A DNA stretch of 64,000 nucleotides from Sphyrna mokarran (taxonomy: Eukaryota), in the NCBI GenBank assembly GCA_024679065.1, contig JAGIQG010000009.1, positions 92,132,001 to 92,196,000 on the forward strand, written 5' to 3'. Shown piece by piece: positions 45,201 through 58,159 of this stretch. The number at the start of each line of letters is the position of its first letter. Position 1 is the stretch's first letter. The position numbers and the translations under genes are program-made. A model generated the notes under the pieces. The model did no database searches and was not told the origin of the DNA. It saw only the letters and a program-made list of their open reading frames with translations.

Positions 45201-48200
45201 AGGTTCCGGAGGATTGGAGGATTGCGGATGTGGTTCCTATTTTTAAGAAAGGGAACAAGGATAGTCCGGGAAATTACCGACCGGTGAGTCTGACCTCAGT
45301 GGTTGGTAAGCTGATGGAGAGGCTTCTGAGGGACAAGATTTATGAGCATTTGGAGAAGTTTAGAATGATCAGAAATAGTTAGCATGGTTTTGTCAAGGGC
45401 AGGTCGTGCCTTACGAGCCTAGTTGAGTTCTTCGAAAATGTGACTGAACACATTGACGAAGGAAGAGCGGTGGACGTGGTGTACATGGACTTCAGCAAGG
45501 CGTTTGATAAGGTCCCCCATGCAAGACTTCTGGAGAAGGTGAGAGGGCATGGGATCCAAGGGGCTTTGGCCTTGTGGATCCAGAACTGGCTTGCTGGCAG
45601 AAGGCAGAGAGTGGTTGTGGATGGGTCTTTTTCTGCACGGAGGTCGGTCACCAGTAGAGTGCCCCAGGGATCTATTCTGGGACCCTTGCTATTTGTCATT
45701 TTCATAAATGATCTGGATGAGGAAATGGAGGGATGGGTTAGTAAATTTGCTGACGATACAAAGGTTGATGGTGTTGTGGATGGTCTGGAGGGATGTCAAA
45801 AGTTGCAGCGGGACATAGACAGGATGCAAGACTGGGCAGAGAAGTGACAGATGGACTTCAACATGGATAAATGTGTAGTGGACCATTTTGGCAAGAACAA
45901 TGGGATGAAGGAGTACAATATCAAGGGTAGGAGTCTTAGCTGTGTTGAAGAGCAGAAAGATATTGGGGTCTGGGTCCATAGGACTCTTAAATCGGCCTCG
46001 CAGGTGGAGGATGTGGTCAAGAAGGCGTATGGTGTACTGGCCTTCATTAATCGAGGGATTGAGTTTGAGTCGGGAGGTAATGATGCAGCTTTATAAGACC
46101 CTTTTCAGACCCCACTTGGAATACTGTGCGCAGTTCTGGTCGCTTCACTATAGGAAGGATGTGGAAGCTATTGAAAGAGTGCAGAGGAGATTTACAAGGA
46201 TGTTGCCTGGATTGGGAGGCATGCCTTATGAAGATAGGTTGAGGGAGCTGGGACTCTTCTCCCTGGAGAGATGAAGGTTGAGAGGCGACCTGATAGAGGT
46301 TTGTAAAATGTTGAGAGGAATAGATAAGGTGGGTTCTCAGAGGCTATTTCCCCGGGCTGAAATGGTCACTACGAGAGGACACAGATTTAAGGTGCAGGGA
46401 AGCAAATACAGAGGAGATGTTAGGGGTAAGTTTTTCACTCAGAGGGTGGTGAGTGAATGGAATCGGCTGCCGTCAGTGGTGATAGAGGCAAACTCGCTGG
46501 GGTCTTTTAAAAGACTTCTGGATGAGTATATGGGAACTAATGGGATAGGGGGTTATAGATAGGTATGGCTTGGTAGGTATAGATGTGATCGGCGCAACTC
46601 ATGGGCTGAAGGGCCTGTTTGTGCTGTAGTGTTCTATGTTCTAATAGCCTGTACAACAGAAGTATGACCAGCTTCCATTCATATTAAATTCCACTCAATA
46701 AAACACTAATAAAAACAAATAAAACATTAGTTTTCTCAATTATTTGAAATATTTGCATGTTAAACTTTCATGATTTATACACTAGCACATCCAAATCCTC
46801 TGCACCTCTTATCATATCTTTGAATTCAATCTCTTATCATTTTAGTAATTTGCTCCTTTTATATTTTTCCTGTCAAAATGTACAATTCCACATTTTCCTG
46901 TATGATACTCTAATTGCCTACTCTTTGCCAATCCAGTTAACCACTTTACATCGCTTTACAGCCTGCTATGTCCCCTTTGCAATTCACTTTCCTACCTTTT
47001 TCTTTTATCAGCAAGTTTAGCAACCGTACCTTTGGTTCCTTCATTCAAGCAATTTACTTAAATTGTGGAAGTTTGAGGCCCAGTATTGGTCACTATAGTA
47101 CTACAATCATTCCAAATTTCAATCAGAATATGATACATTACTAGTAAGCCAACAGTAGAGAAGGTGGCCATTTGGTCCATGAGTCTGCATCAACTCTGAC
47201 AGAGCATCCCACCTGGGCCCTGCCCTTGTACCCCCATGTATTTACCTCACTAATCCCTGCAATGTATGCAGCTTGGGAAGCTAAGTGACAATTTAACATA
47301 GCCAATCTATCTAACTCACACATCTTTGGATTGTGGGAGAAAATCAGCACACCAGGAGGAAACCTATGCAGACATGGGGAGAATGTGCAAACACCACACA
47401 ATCATACAAGGTTGGAATTGAATTTGGGTCCCTGGCACTGAGGCAGACTGCTAACCATCATGTCAATATGCCATCCGAAGCCACTGATTTCTATCAGCCA
47501 GCTAATTTTCTATGCATGCCCATATGTTATACTTACCCATAAATTTTTATTTCCACAATAACTTTGATCTGGCAACTTGTCCAATTATTTCTGGAAATTT
47601 AAGAACTGTACATCCACTGGTTCCCCTGGATCCACAACACAGTTCTTTCCAAGAACTCCAATAAAGTGGTCAAGTTGATTTCCTTCTCACAAACCATGTT
47701 GACTCTGTCAGATAACCTAGCTCTAAGTGCTCTGCAAGATGACTTTAATAATTTATTCTAACAGTTTCCTTCTTTACTTTAGAAAAAGAGATGATCAGCC
47801 ACAGATATCGAAGGAAATAAATGAGGGTATCATATTGAAAGAAAATGCTTACAAAGTGGCAAGGTGGCAAAGATTAGTGGTAACCTAGAGGATTGGGAAA
47901 TCTTTAAAGGTCAGTAGAAAGTAACAAAAAAAACTATAAAGAAAAGTAAGATGGATTATGAGAGGAAACTAACTCAGAATATAAAAACAGTCAGCAAATA
48001 TATAAAATGAAAAAGAATGGTGAAAGTAAACATTGGTCCTTTGGAGGACAAGGAGGAATGGAGATGTAATAACTGGAAGTGAGAAAATGGCTGAGGCATT
48101 GAACAGTTATTTTGTGTCGATCTTCACAGTGGAAGACACAAATAACATGCCAAAGCTTGATAACAGGAAGATTATGGCAGGTGAGAACCTAGAAACTATT

Positions 48201-51200
48201 ATCATGAAAGAGGTAGTGTTGGGCAAATTAATAAAGCTAAAAGTAGACAAGTTTCCTGGTCCTGATGGAATGCATCCCAGGATATTAAAAGAGATGGTGG
48301 GAGAAATAACAAATGCACTAGTGTTAATTTACCAAACTTTGCTGGACTTGTAGTGGTTCCAGCAGACTGGAAAACAGCAAATGAGATGCTATTGTTTAAG
48401 AAAGGAGGTAGACAAAATGCAGGTAACTATACATTGATTAGCTTAACTTCTGTGGTATGGAAAATGCTTGAATCTATCATCAAAGAAGAAATAGCGAGAC
48501 ATCTGGATAGAAATTGTCCATTGGTAAGATGCAGCAAGGATCAACAAAGAGCAGGTCATGTTTGACTAATTTTATGAAGTTCTTTCAGAACATTACATGC
48601 ACAGTTGAAAATGGGGAACCTGTGGATGTGGTGAATCTGGATTTGCAGAAGGCATTCAACAAGGTGCTACACCAAAGACTGCTCCATAAGATAAAGGTGC
48701 ACCATGTTACGGGTAATGTATTAGCATGGATAGAGGACTGGTTGGCAATCAGTGACTAGTGGTGTGCCTCAGGGACCAGTGTTGGGATTGCAATTGTTTA
48801 CAATTCACATCGATGATTTGGAGTTGGGAACCAAGTATAGTGTGTCAAAATTCGCAGATGACAGTAAGATGGGTGGAAGAGCAAAGTGTGCAGAGGACGG
48901 TGAAAGTCTGCAAAGGGATATAGACATTCTAAGTGAATGGGCAAGGGTCTGGCAGATGGAGTACAATGTTGGTAAATGTGAGGTTATCCATTTTGGTAGG
49001 AATAACAGCAAAATGGATTGTTATTTAGATGGTAAAAATTGCAACATGTTGCTCTGCAGAGGAACCTGGGTGTCCTTGTGCAGAAATCTCAAGAAGTTAG
49101 GTGCAGCAAGTAATTGAGAAGACAAATGGAATTTTGTCCTTCATTGCTGGAGGGATGGAGTTTAAAAATAATGAGATTATGTTGCAGCTATATAAGGTGC
49201 TGGTGAGGCAAAATCTGGAGCCTGTACAGTTTTGGTCTCCTTAATTGAAAAAGGCTATACTGGCACTGGAGAGGATGCAGAGGAGATTCACTGAATTGAT
49301 TCCAGAATTGAGAGAGTTGGCTTATGAGGAGACTGAGTAGATTGAGGCTATACTCATTGGAATTCAGAAGAATGAGGGGAGATCTTCTAAAAACATGTAA
49401 GATTACAAAGGGAATAGATAAGATAGAATCAAAAAAGTCTTTTCCACTGGCAGGCGAAACTAAATCTAGGGGAGCATAGCCTCAAAATAAGGGGAAGCAT
49501 ATTTAGGACTGAGTTGAGGAGGAACTTCTTCATACAAAGGGTTATGAATCTGTGGAAACAGTTGACGCTACCTCATTAAATGCTTTTAAGGCAAGAATAG
49601 ATACATTTTTGAACAGTAAAGGAATTGAGGATTGTGGTGAGCAGGCTGGTAGGTAGAATGAGTCCACAAAAAAATCAACCATGATCTTATTGAATGGCAG
49701 AACAGGCTCGAGGGGCCAGATGGCCTACTCCTGCTCTTAGTTCTTATGTTCTTATATTTTTATAAGATCTGTTAAGGCAACTGTCTTACTGATTTTTGCT
49801 TTCTATCACCCTGCCTTTTAGATTAAAGGTGTTACATTGGCTATTTTCCAATTTAATGATACCTTCCACAATTCTAGAGAATTTGAAAAGCTAAAATCAA
49901 TGCATCAACTATCTCATCATCACTCCTTTAAGACATTAGGATGAAATCTACCAGGACCTGAGAATTTGTTATGCTGCCGTCCAACAGTTTGCTCAGTGCA
50001 TAATTGTAATCTTCTTCATTTCCTCCCTCCCATTTTTGGATTTACAGCTGTCTCTGGAATGTTACTTGTATCCTCTGCAGTGAAGCGGATGTCAAATACA
50101 TCTGCCATCTCCTTATTTTCCCTTACCAGTTCCCAGAATATTTATTGGGCCACTACTCATTATTTAAATATAAAGAAAAGAGCTTACTATCTTTTAATAT
50201 TTCAAGCTCTCTTCTACTCTGGTCCCCCTTATTAATAATCATAATTTATCTTTATCTTGCCCTCATCTTTGTGTAATTCTATACTTTTTTCTCTAACTTT
50301 CACACTTGCTTTATCTCTTTTTGGTTTACAGTCCTTCACTTTGGATTTCTCTTTTTCATTGGATTGTATCTATTCCATGTAGTCTGAAATATCCCCTTAA
50401 ATGTCCACCACCATTGCATCTCTGTTGACTTAGCCTTTCATCTGATTTGCCAGTTCAGTCCTGTTCTGAAATATATGTCCCATGTGCCTTAATGCCCACT
50501 GAGTATATTCTCCACCATGAAAGATCAATGTCAATGGGCACTCTTAAGAACTGCACCACCAAGTCTATATCATGTCACAGCGTCTATTCTGCCAAATTGC
50601 ATCATTTCACACTTTTCAGTATTAAGTTACAGATATTTGGCTATCCACTCTGCCATCCTATTTATGCTATGTTTCAGGCATCTTTCTCACTATTTGCTAC
50701 TCTTACACACTTGGTATAATTAGCAAAGTTTATAACTATATATTGCAATTACTGCAGACGTCATGTCTAACTATTTCAATCACCTTTCGACACGTGAAAT
50801 GCAGCAGCCAAACTTTCCAAGGAAGATGTGGACATTTCCAAAATGTATTTGTGATTAGACATGGATTGCACAGGTTGCATTGATGCTGCATTGATTTACA
50901 GCTTCAGAAATAAAAGAAAACACAGAAGATGCTGGAAATGCTGAGTGGGACTGGTGACATCGTTTCAGGTCACAACATTTCATCCAATGTTAATTCTGTT
51001 CCCAATTCGATCTAATGTTATAGGAATGATGAAATAGGACAGCCAATTTGGAAACTTTGATTAATATGAATCAATTGGAATCATGAATCAATTGGAATCA
51101 ATGGAGTTGCAGTGGGACATAGACAGGATGCAAGACTGAGGGGAGAAGTGGCAGATGGACTTCAACGCGGATAAATGTGTAGTGGTCCATTTTGGCAGGA

Positions 51201-54200
51201 ATAATGGGATGAAGAAGTACAATATAAGGGGTAGGAGTCTTAGGTGTGTTGTAGAGCAGAAGGATCTCGGGGTCCGGGTCCATAGGACTCTTAAATCGGC
51301 CTCGCAGATGGAGGAAGTGGTCAAGAAGGCATACAGTGTACTGGTCTTCATTAATCGAGGAATAGAGTTTAGGAGTCGGGAGGTAATGATGCAGCTCTAT
51401 AAGATTCTTGTCAGACCCCACTTGGAGTATTGTGCGCAGTTCTAGTCGCCTCACTATAGGAAGGATGTAGAGGCTATTGAGAGAGTGCAGAGGAGATTTA
51501 CAAGGATGCTGCCTGGATTGGGAGGCAAGCCTTATGAAGATATGAAGGGTATGAAAATTGATAAGTCCCCTGGGCCAGATGGGATTTACCCTAGGATTCT
51601 CTGGGAGGCTAGAGAGGAGATTGCAGAGCCTTTGGCTTTGATCTTCATGTCATTGTTGGCTACAGGTATAGTGCCGGAAGATTGGATAATGGCAAATGTT
51701 GTCCCTTTGTTCAAAAAGGGGAGTAGGGACCATCCTGGAAATTATAGACTGGTGAGCCTGACTTCTGTTGTGGGCATGGTCTTGGAAAGAATTATAAGGG
51801 ATAGGATTTATAAGCATCTAGAGAGAAATAAATTGATTAGGGATAGTCAGCATGGTTTTGTAAAGGGTAGGTCGTGCCTCACAAACCTTATTGAGTTTTT
51901 TGAGGAGGTGACCAGAGAGGTAGATAAGGGCAAGGCGGTTGATGTAGTGTATATGGATTTTAGCAAAGCGTTTGATAAGGTTCCCCATGGTAGGCTACTG
52001 CAGAAAGTGCAGATGCATGGGATTGAAGGTGATTTAGCAGTTTGGATTAGGAATTGGCTAGCTGATAGAAGACAGAGGTGGTGGTTGATGGGAAATATTC
52101 AACCTGGAGTGCAGTTACAAGTGGTGTACCTCAAGGATCTGTTTTAGGGCCACTGCTGTTTGTCATTTTTATAAATGCCCTAGATGAGGGTGTAGAGGGT
52201 TGGATTAGTAAATTTGCTGATGATACCAAAGTGGGGGGAGTTGTAGACAGCGAGGATGGATGTTACAGTTTGCAGAGGGACATAGATAGGTCGCAGAGCT
52301 GGGCCATGAGGTGGCAAATGGAATTCAATACGGATAAGTATGAGGTGATTCACTTTGGTAGGAATAACAGGCATATGAAATATAGAGCTAATGGAAGAAC
52401 CTTTAATAGTGTTGTCGAGCAGAGGGATCCTGGGGTACAAGTACATAGCTCTTTGAAAGTTGGCAGTCAGGTTGATAAAGTTGTTAAGAAGGCGTACGGT
52501 GTGTTAGCTTTTATTGGTAGAGGGATTGAATTTAGAAGCCGTGAGGTTATGTTACAACTGTACAAAACTCTGGTGCGGCCGCACTTGGAGTATTGCGTAC
52601 AGTGCTGGTCGCCGCATTATAAGAAAGATGTGGAAGCATTGGAAAGGGTGCAGAGGAGGTTTACCAGGATGTTGCCTGTATGGTGGGAAGGCCTTATGAG
52701 GAAAGGCTGAGGGACCTGAGGTTATTTTCATTAGAGAGAAGAAGGTTACGCGGTGACCTAATTGAGGCGTATAAGATGATCAAGGGATTGGATAGGGTGG
52801 ATAGTGAGAGCCTTTTTCCTCGGATGGTGATGACCAACACGAGGGGACATAACTTTAAATTAAGAGGTGGTAGTTGTAGGACGGATGTCAGAGGTAGGTT
52901 CTTTACACAGAGGGTGGTGAGGGTGTGGAATGCCCTGCCTGCAGCAGTTGTGGACTCGCCTACTTTGGGGACATTCAGATGTTTGGTGGATAGGCATATG
53001 GATGATATTGGAGTAGTTTAGGTTAGAGGGTCCTCTGGCTGGTGCAACATCGAGGGCCGAAGGGCCTGTACTGCGCTGTAATGTTCTATGTTCTATGTTC
53101 TAAGATAGGTTGAGGTAGCTGGGACTCTTCTCCCTGGAGAGACGAAGGTTGAGAGGCGACCTGATAGAGGTTTATGAAATGTTGAAAGGAATAGATAGGG
53201 TGGACTCTCAGAGATTATTTCCCTGAGCTGAAATGGTCACTACAAGAGGACACAAATTTAAGGTGCAGGGAAGCAAATACAGAGGAGATGTTAGGGGTAA
53301 GTTTTTCACTCAGAGAGTGATGAGTGAATGGAATTGGCTGCCATCGGAGGTTGTTGAGGCAAACTCGCTGGTGTCTTTTAAAAGACTTCTGGATGAGTAT
53401 ATGGAAATGAATAGGATAGGGGGTTATAGATAGGTCTGTGGATTGGTAGATGTGATCGGCGCAACCGGTGGGCCGAAGGGCCTGTTTGTGCTGTATTGTT
53501 CCATGGAATCGGATGAGGTCTGTTCTATGCGTTGATCACAAGTTAAGGTTAAATTGCTTGCAGGTCAAATACAAAGAATAAAAACCAACCAGGCCATGCT
53601 TGCTCCCGCTCATTTTATATTATGATGAAATATCAAATTGACTCACTACTAGTGGGATGACCATTGAACCACCATTATAAGATGCACTGACAATAAGGTT
53701 GCTGCTTCACAACAACGATCCACAGCTCCAACTTAATAAATACATAATTCTGTAGAAACTTGCAGGAGAAGTAATTCAACGAGTTTGCTTATTTAGAAAG
53801 TTTATGGAAAATTACTTTGTTTAACACAATTCATTCATAGAATTTCTACATTTCAGAAGGAGTCTAGTTGGCCTATCTATTCTGCGTGGGGTCTCTGACA
53901 GAACATTTCACTCTGTCCGAATCCCTGTAACCCCACATAATTACACGACTGATCCCATCTAACCTGCATATCTTTGGACTTTGAGAGGAAACAGGAGCAT
54001 CAAGAGAAAAGTCACACAGACAATGGGCAATGTGTAAACTTCACACTGTCAGTCACCCAAAGGTGGAATTGAGCCCTGGTCACTGGCACCGAGGAACTAA
54101 TATTTCATTAATTTTAATGAACAGGCAATTTGATACTATGTCATAATTACACAGGCAGAAAATGCTCTTACAGTAAAACACTGGTAAAGCTAAATACTTA

Positions 54201-54287
54201 ATGAGAATATAACTTACCAGGAACACCAATTAGTGCAAGGATAGGGTAGTAAATTTCTTGTATCTGAGTAAGTATTGCACGTTTCAT
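41319..54287 (-). CDS. GPR139/GPR142-like class A orphan GPCR, 2 exons: join(complement 54218..54287, 41319..42223), 324 aa
   Basis: Spliced protein [42 protein letters not shown]…; seven hydrophobic segments; TM3 [10 protein letters not shown]; TM6 [21 protein letters not shown]; TM7 SSCSNTIIY. One phase-1 intron of about 12 kb within TM1. 70+905 = 975 nt. Confidence 0.9.
42850..46642 (+). mobile_element. Near full-length CR1 LINE (ORF1 esterase + disrupted ORF2) in the GPCR intron
   Basis: ORF1 motifs IGDS.VRG, CLPGA, VHIGT, DGWHL. ORF2 pieces 43733-44404, 44537-45382, 45440-45847 etc., with stops. (ttctatg) tail. Confidence 0.92.
47150..47470 (-). mobile_element. HE1-like V-SINE
   Basis: Reverse V core tgtgggagaaaa…ggagaatgtgcaaac and tRNA head. 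Confidence 0.7.
47790..49755 (+). mobile_element. Degraded CR1 LINE (RT region to 3' end, different subfamily)
   Basis: [31 protein letters not shown] motifs; tail cctactcctgct…(tcttatgt)n. Confidence 0.88.
51103..53505 (+). mobile_element. Nested CR1-in-CR1: outer 3' fragment (51103-51542 + 53102-53505) split by inner element 51543-53101, TSD AAGATA
   Basis: Outer sequence ccttatgaagata^ggttgagg is restored on removing the inner element. AAGATA at 51537-51542 and 53102-53107. The inner element ends in (ttctatg)3. Confidence 0.9.
53835..54095 (-). mobile_element. HE1-like V-SINE
   Basis: Reverse V core and tail (catagaatttctaca). Confidence 0.65.
54218..54287 (-). CDS. GPR139/142-like GPCR exon 1 ([23 protein letters not shown])
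   Basis: ATG at 54287, donor CCTG|GTAAGT (phase 1). The YYPIL..IGVPAN motif is completed across the splice. Confidence 0.88.
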
Positions 54288-54351
54288 ATTCCCAGAATGG
54301 TAGCAAAACTGTTGGAAGACACAGCTGAGATGCTTTCGGGTCACACTGTCA

Positions 54352-54400
54352 TTTATAATCAAGGAAAAGTCTCGTGAGACAATTACATTTCGAAATAATT
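54352..54400 (-). promoter_or_regulatory. GPCR core promoter: TATA box plus adjacent homeodomain and O/E-like sites
   Basis: TATAAA on - at 54352-54357 (65 nt upstream of the ATG). TAATTG-TCTCACGAGA on - at 54370-54385. A second TAATTG at about 54396-54401. Confidence 0.5.
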
Positions 54401-56879
54401 GTCACTTGGAATACCTTTCATCCCACAAGAGATGCAAATCTCACAGCAAAAACAACTGTAGTGCCATGTGTACATTTTCAAAGCTTTTTTTTTAATATCC
54501 AAATTAATTGGTAGGATTCTTCTGGGAATTGGCATCACAGTTATTGCTTCCATTCAATAAAACAGTGACATCACACACTAATATACAACATAATTCTGAA
54601 CTGGCATTTGTAAAGGACTAAAAGGCGATTTGATAAAATTATATACGATCCTAAAGGCTTTTAGCAGGATGCGTATGGAGAGGATGTTTCTTCCGATGGG
54701 AGAAATTGGGACGAAGGCCATTGTTAAAATTTAAGGGCTACCCATTTAAAAGAGAAATTAGGTGATTGTTTTTCTCTGAGGGCAATGGGTCTTTGGAACT
54801 TTTCCTGAAAGTTTGGTGGGTGGAAGCAGAATGTTGGAATACTTTAAAGGCAGTGTTGGATTGATTCTTGATAAGTAAAGTGGGTGATAGGTTATTAGGG
54901 TTAGATGGGGTGCGGATTTGAGTTTGCTATCAGATTAACAATGACCTCATTGAACAGCAGAGGAGTGGAATGACCTATTTCTGTTCCTTGTTTTCAGTTC
55001 AATACTTTGACGCATAAAAACCACAACTTTTATTTTCTGGTATATCTATTTTTGTTTTTAATGAAATTTTCTTGATTGTTAAGAAACCCATGTTAAAACT
55101 GACTGTGCATGCTACGGTTTTCATTCTTTCTTCTTGTCAACAACAAGTTGTACTTTATGCCACCTCAGAATTTCTCATTTCACACATATATCATCAGCCA
55201 CAGCATGCCCATGTCAGAATTATGCAGATTTAATCACAGTATTGCACACATACATGCAGAAGCACACACACACTCAGGTCAAACAGAAATATATGCTGAA
55301 GGTGTCAGTAATATGTTTCTTTTTCTAAGACCAATTATCAGGAATCGAATAGTTAATGAATTGGCCACTGATTTGTTCTGTATTCCTTCTCACAAAAGGA
55401 GCTCAATTGATTCATTAATTTAGAATGTGAATACTTCAGACACACAATAAGACACTTTCACCTAATTGGACTCGGTTGATTTAACTTCATTCAATCCCAC
55501 TAATTTAGATGTAACAGACAAGGGGACTAAAACACTTAAAAAATCCACATTTTGACATTGTATGCCAACTCTTTACCATTCATAGTGATAATTACAAATG
55601 GAATAAAAGCTTATGGAACAATAGCAGAGGATGCTGGAAATAAGGTCGGTATGTTTGGCAATAAATGTAAGGAGACAAAGCAGAGTATTGGCCAGAATTT
55701 TATCTTGCAGAGCAGCATTCTCCATTGCTTTGGGTGGGATCTCACAAGTTTCAGGCAGATGTGCTGGTAAAATTCCAGCAAACGCTATGAGTCCCTTGGC
55801 TCTTTAGCAGAGCCACCATCCTCTCCAAGTATATAATTCATCAAATTCTATCCCTGTTCAGTTCTGTCAAAGGTGCTTACAGACTCAAAATATTAACACC
55901 TGCATTGATGCTGCCAGACTGCTGAATTTATCCAGAATTTTCTATTCTTATTTCACGTTCCCATCATCCACAGTATTTTGTTTATGGCTGGGATCATTGC
56001 CAAGCGCATTGAAAAACAAAATCAACCTCATTCACAATTAGTTGTGGGGATTTCTTGGCTCTATTTACAGCAATTTGATTCTGATGTCTGACATGTAACC
56101 TTGTGCTACAGGAAGCTGGTTGGAAACTTATTGTTAGGTCCATCTGATGCTGCTTATTTTAATCACCTCCATACTTCACAATAACCAGGAATCCTCCTCT
56201 GTCTTCATGATGTACTGAGATATTAGGTTGTTGTTGAATACAATTTTGTTGCTAATGATGGGTAACAGAGCCTAATAGACACTCATTTTTTGAATTGTTA
56301 GATCTTGATTGATCCTACCCTATTTAGCCCAGTGATTGTGCTATGCAACACTCTGGAATGTGGTCCAATTGTGAAGATGGAACTTCATTTCCACAAGGTC
56401 TGCAGTCACTCCTACCCTTATTGTTGTGGACAGACACAAGGCTACCATTAGATTGTTGAGAACAATGGTCACGTAAATTTTCTCATTTCAGTTCCTTCAT
56501 GAGCTGCTGCAGGCCCAATCTATCAGCTATATGCTTCAGGGTTTGTCCACTTTGCTAAGTACCTTCCTGTGCGTAAATGTCCCTATCAACATACCTTGAA
56601 GATTGATGGCCTCAGCAGTTGTACATTCTGTGTCATGCTAATGTAATTGTTTCCCTTAAATGTTCAACAACATGGAGGAGAACTAATTCATTTCACTATG
56701 GAGGAGTGGTTGCTCTGCAAAAAGCTACAACCTTTCTTGCTCATATTTGACCTGACTCCTGGGGACATCATGATGACGGGATCAACCCTGAGGACTCACA
56801 ACGCTTCTCCATCGCAACTGGAGAACATAGTGCAGTCATATCCACTCAGTTTGTCCTGCTGGTGAGGCAAGGCAGAGGA

Positions 56880-57140
56880 TCATAGAATCTTTGCATTGCA
56901 GAAGGAGGACATTTGGTGCATTGAGTCTGCACTGACCTTAATCTTACCTATACCTATCCCCGTAACTCCACTTATTTACCCTGACAGGTAGTTTAGCATG
57001 GCCAATCAAACGGAGGAAGCCCACACAGACAAAGGGAGACTGTGCAAACTCCACACAGACAGTGACCCAAGGATGGAATTGAAAGAAGATCCCTGGTGCT
57101 GTGTGGCAGCAGTGCTGACCATTGTGCCAAATGCTGCCCC
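56880..57140 (-). mobile_element. HE1-like V-SINE
   Basis: Reverse V core tgtgcaaactccacacagacagtgacccaa and tRNA head. Confidence 0.7.
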
Positions 57141-58159
57141 GTGCTGAGAGCATCAATCTTCAAGTGTGTAAATACTTCAACAGGGCATTTACCTACAGGC
57201 AAGGATTTAGGAAGGTGGACATACCCAGGGATCATGCCAATGGAAATTGCTCATTTGTATATAAGGTATGATTGGATGCCTGACTAAAGTAAGTTGTTGC
57301 ATGGCAAGTTTGATTCATATATCCCGTTATACACTTGCCTGCTCACAGCATCTTGCTATGACATTCCAAAGGGAATTTAAACTGTCAACTGCATTGACTT
57401 TCCTAACGTATAGTCATCAATTCCTATCAGAAACAGGTCATCATTCAGTCATAATGATGCATGATTTACTTGCCTTATCTGGTGTATTCCAGGGCAAAGG
57501 GTACATATATTGCAAATTTCCTAGAGATCAGTTTTAACTGGCAATGATCTTTGCATTTCCAGGAAAACAAGACGTTCTAAGTGTCATGTGATGTTGCACT
57601 TCTTTGGTCACAGACCAGAGGTCTCAGGAGGTCTCCTGGGATTCGGGTCAGGATTTCACTGCAGAATCTTGCGGACTGAGGATATTTGCTGCATGCTGCA
57701 TCTTTTTTCTCAAACGCTCTTACCGCAAGACCTGAAAGCAACTGAGGACAATACCTTCCCACAGTCTGACACACCAGAAGAAAGTTAAAGGGAGACATGG
57801 CCTCCAAAAATATGTATGAAATAACACACTGATGGATAATGGTTTTTAACTGCAGTATTCATCAATTCTTGCACATGTACAACATTTAAACAACAAATAG
57901 CAATGCTTGGAGCATCAGTACATGGAACATCTTCAAATATTTAGTTTTTTTGAACTTATTGCCAGCCATGTTCTACTTTGTTCACCTCTCAAATTTATTT
58001 TCCAACATCCTCCCCTTCCATACCCCCACCTTGATATTTGAGTGAAGCAGTAAAGGGACTATCTGATCTTATCATTAGTACAAGGGAATGGAGAGGTGGG
58101 GAGGTGGTGGGGAATGGGAGAAGGGGAGCAGCAAGGCGGGGGGGGGGGAGTTGTGGAAT

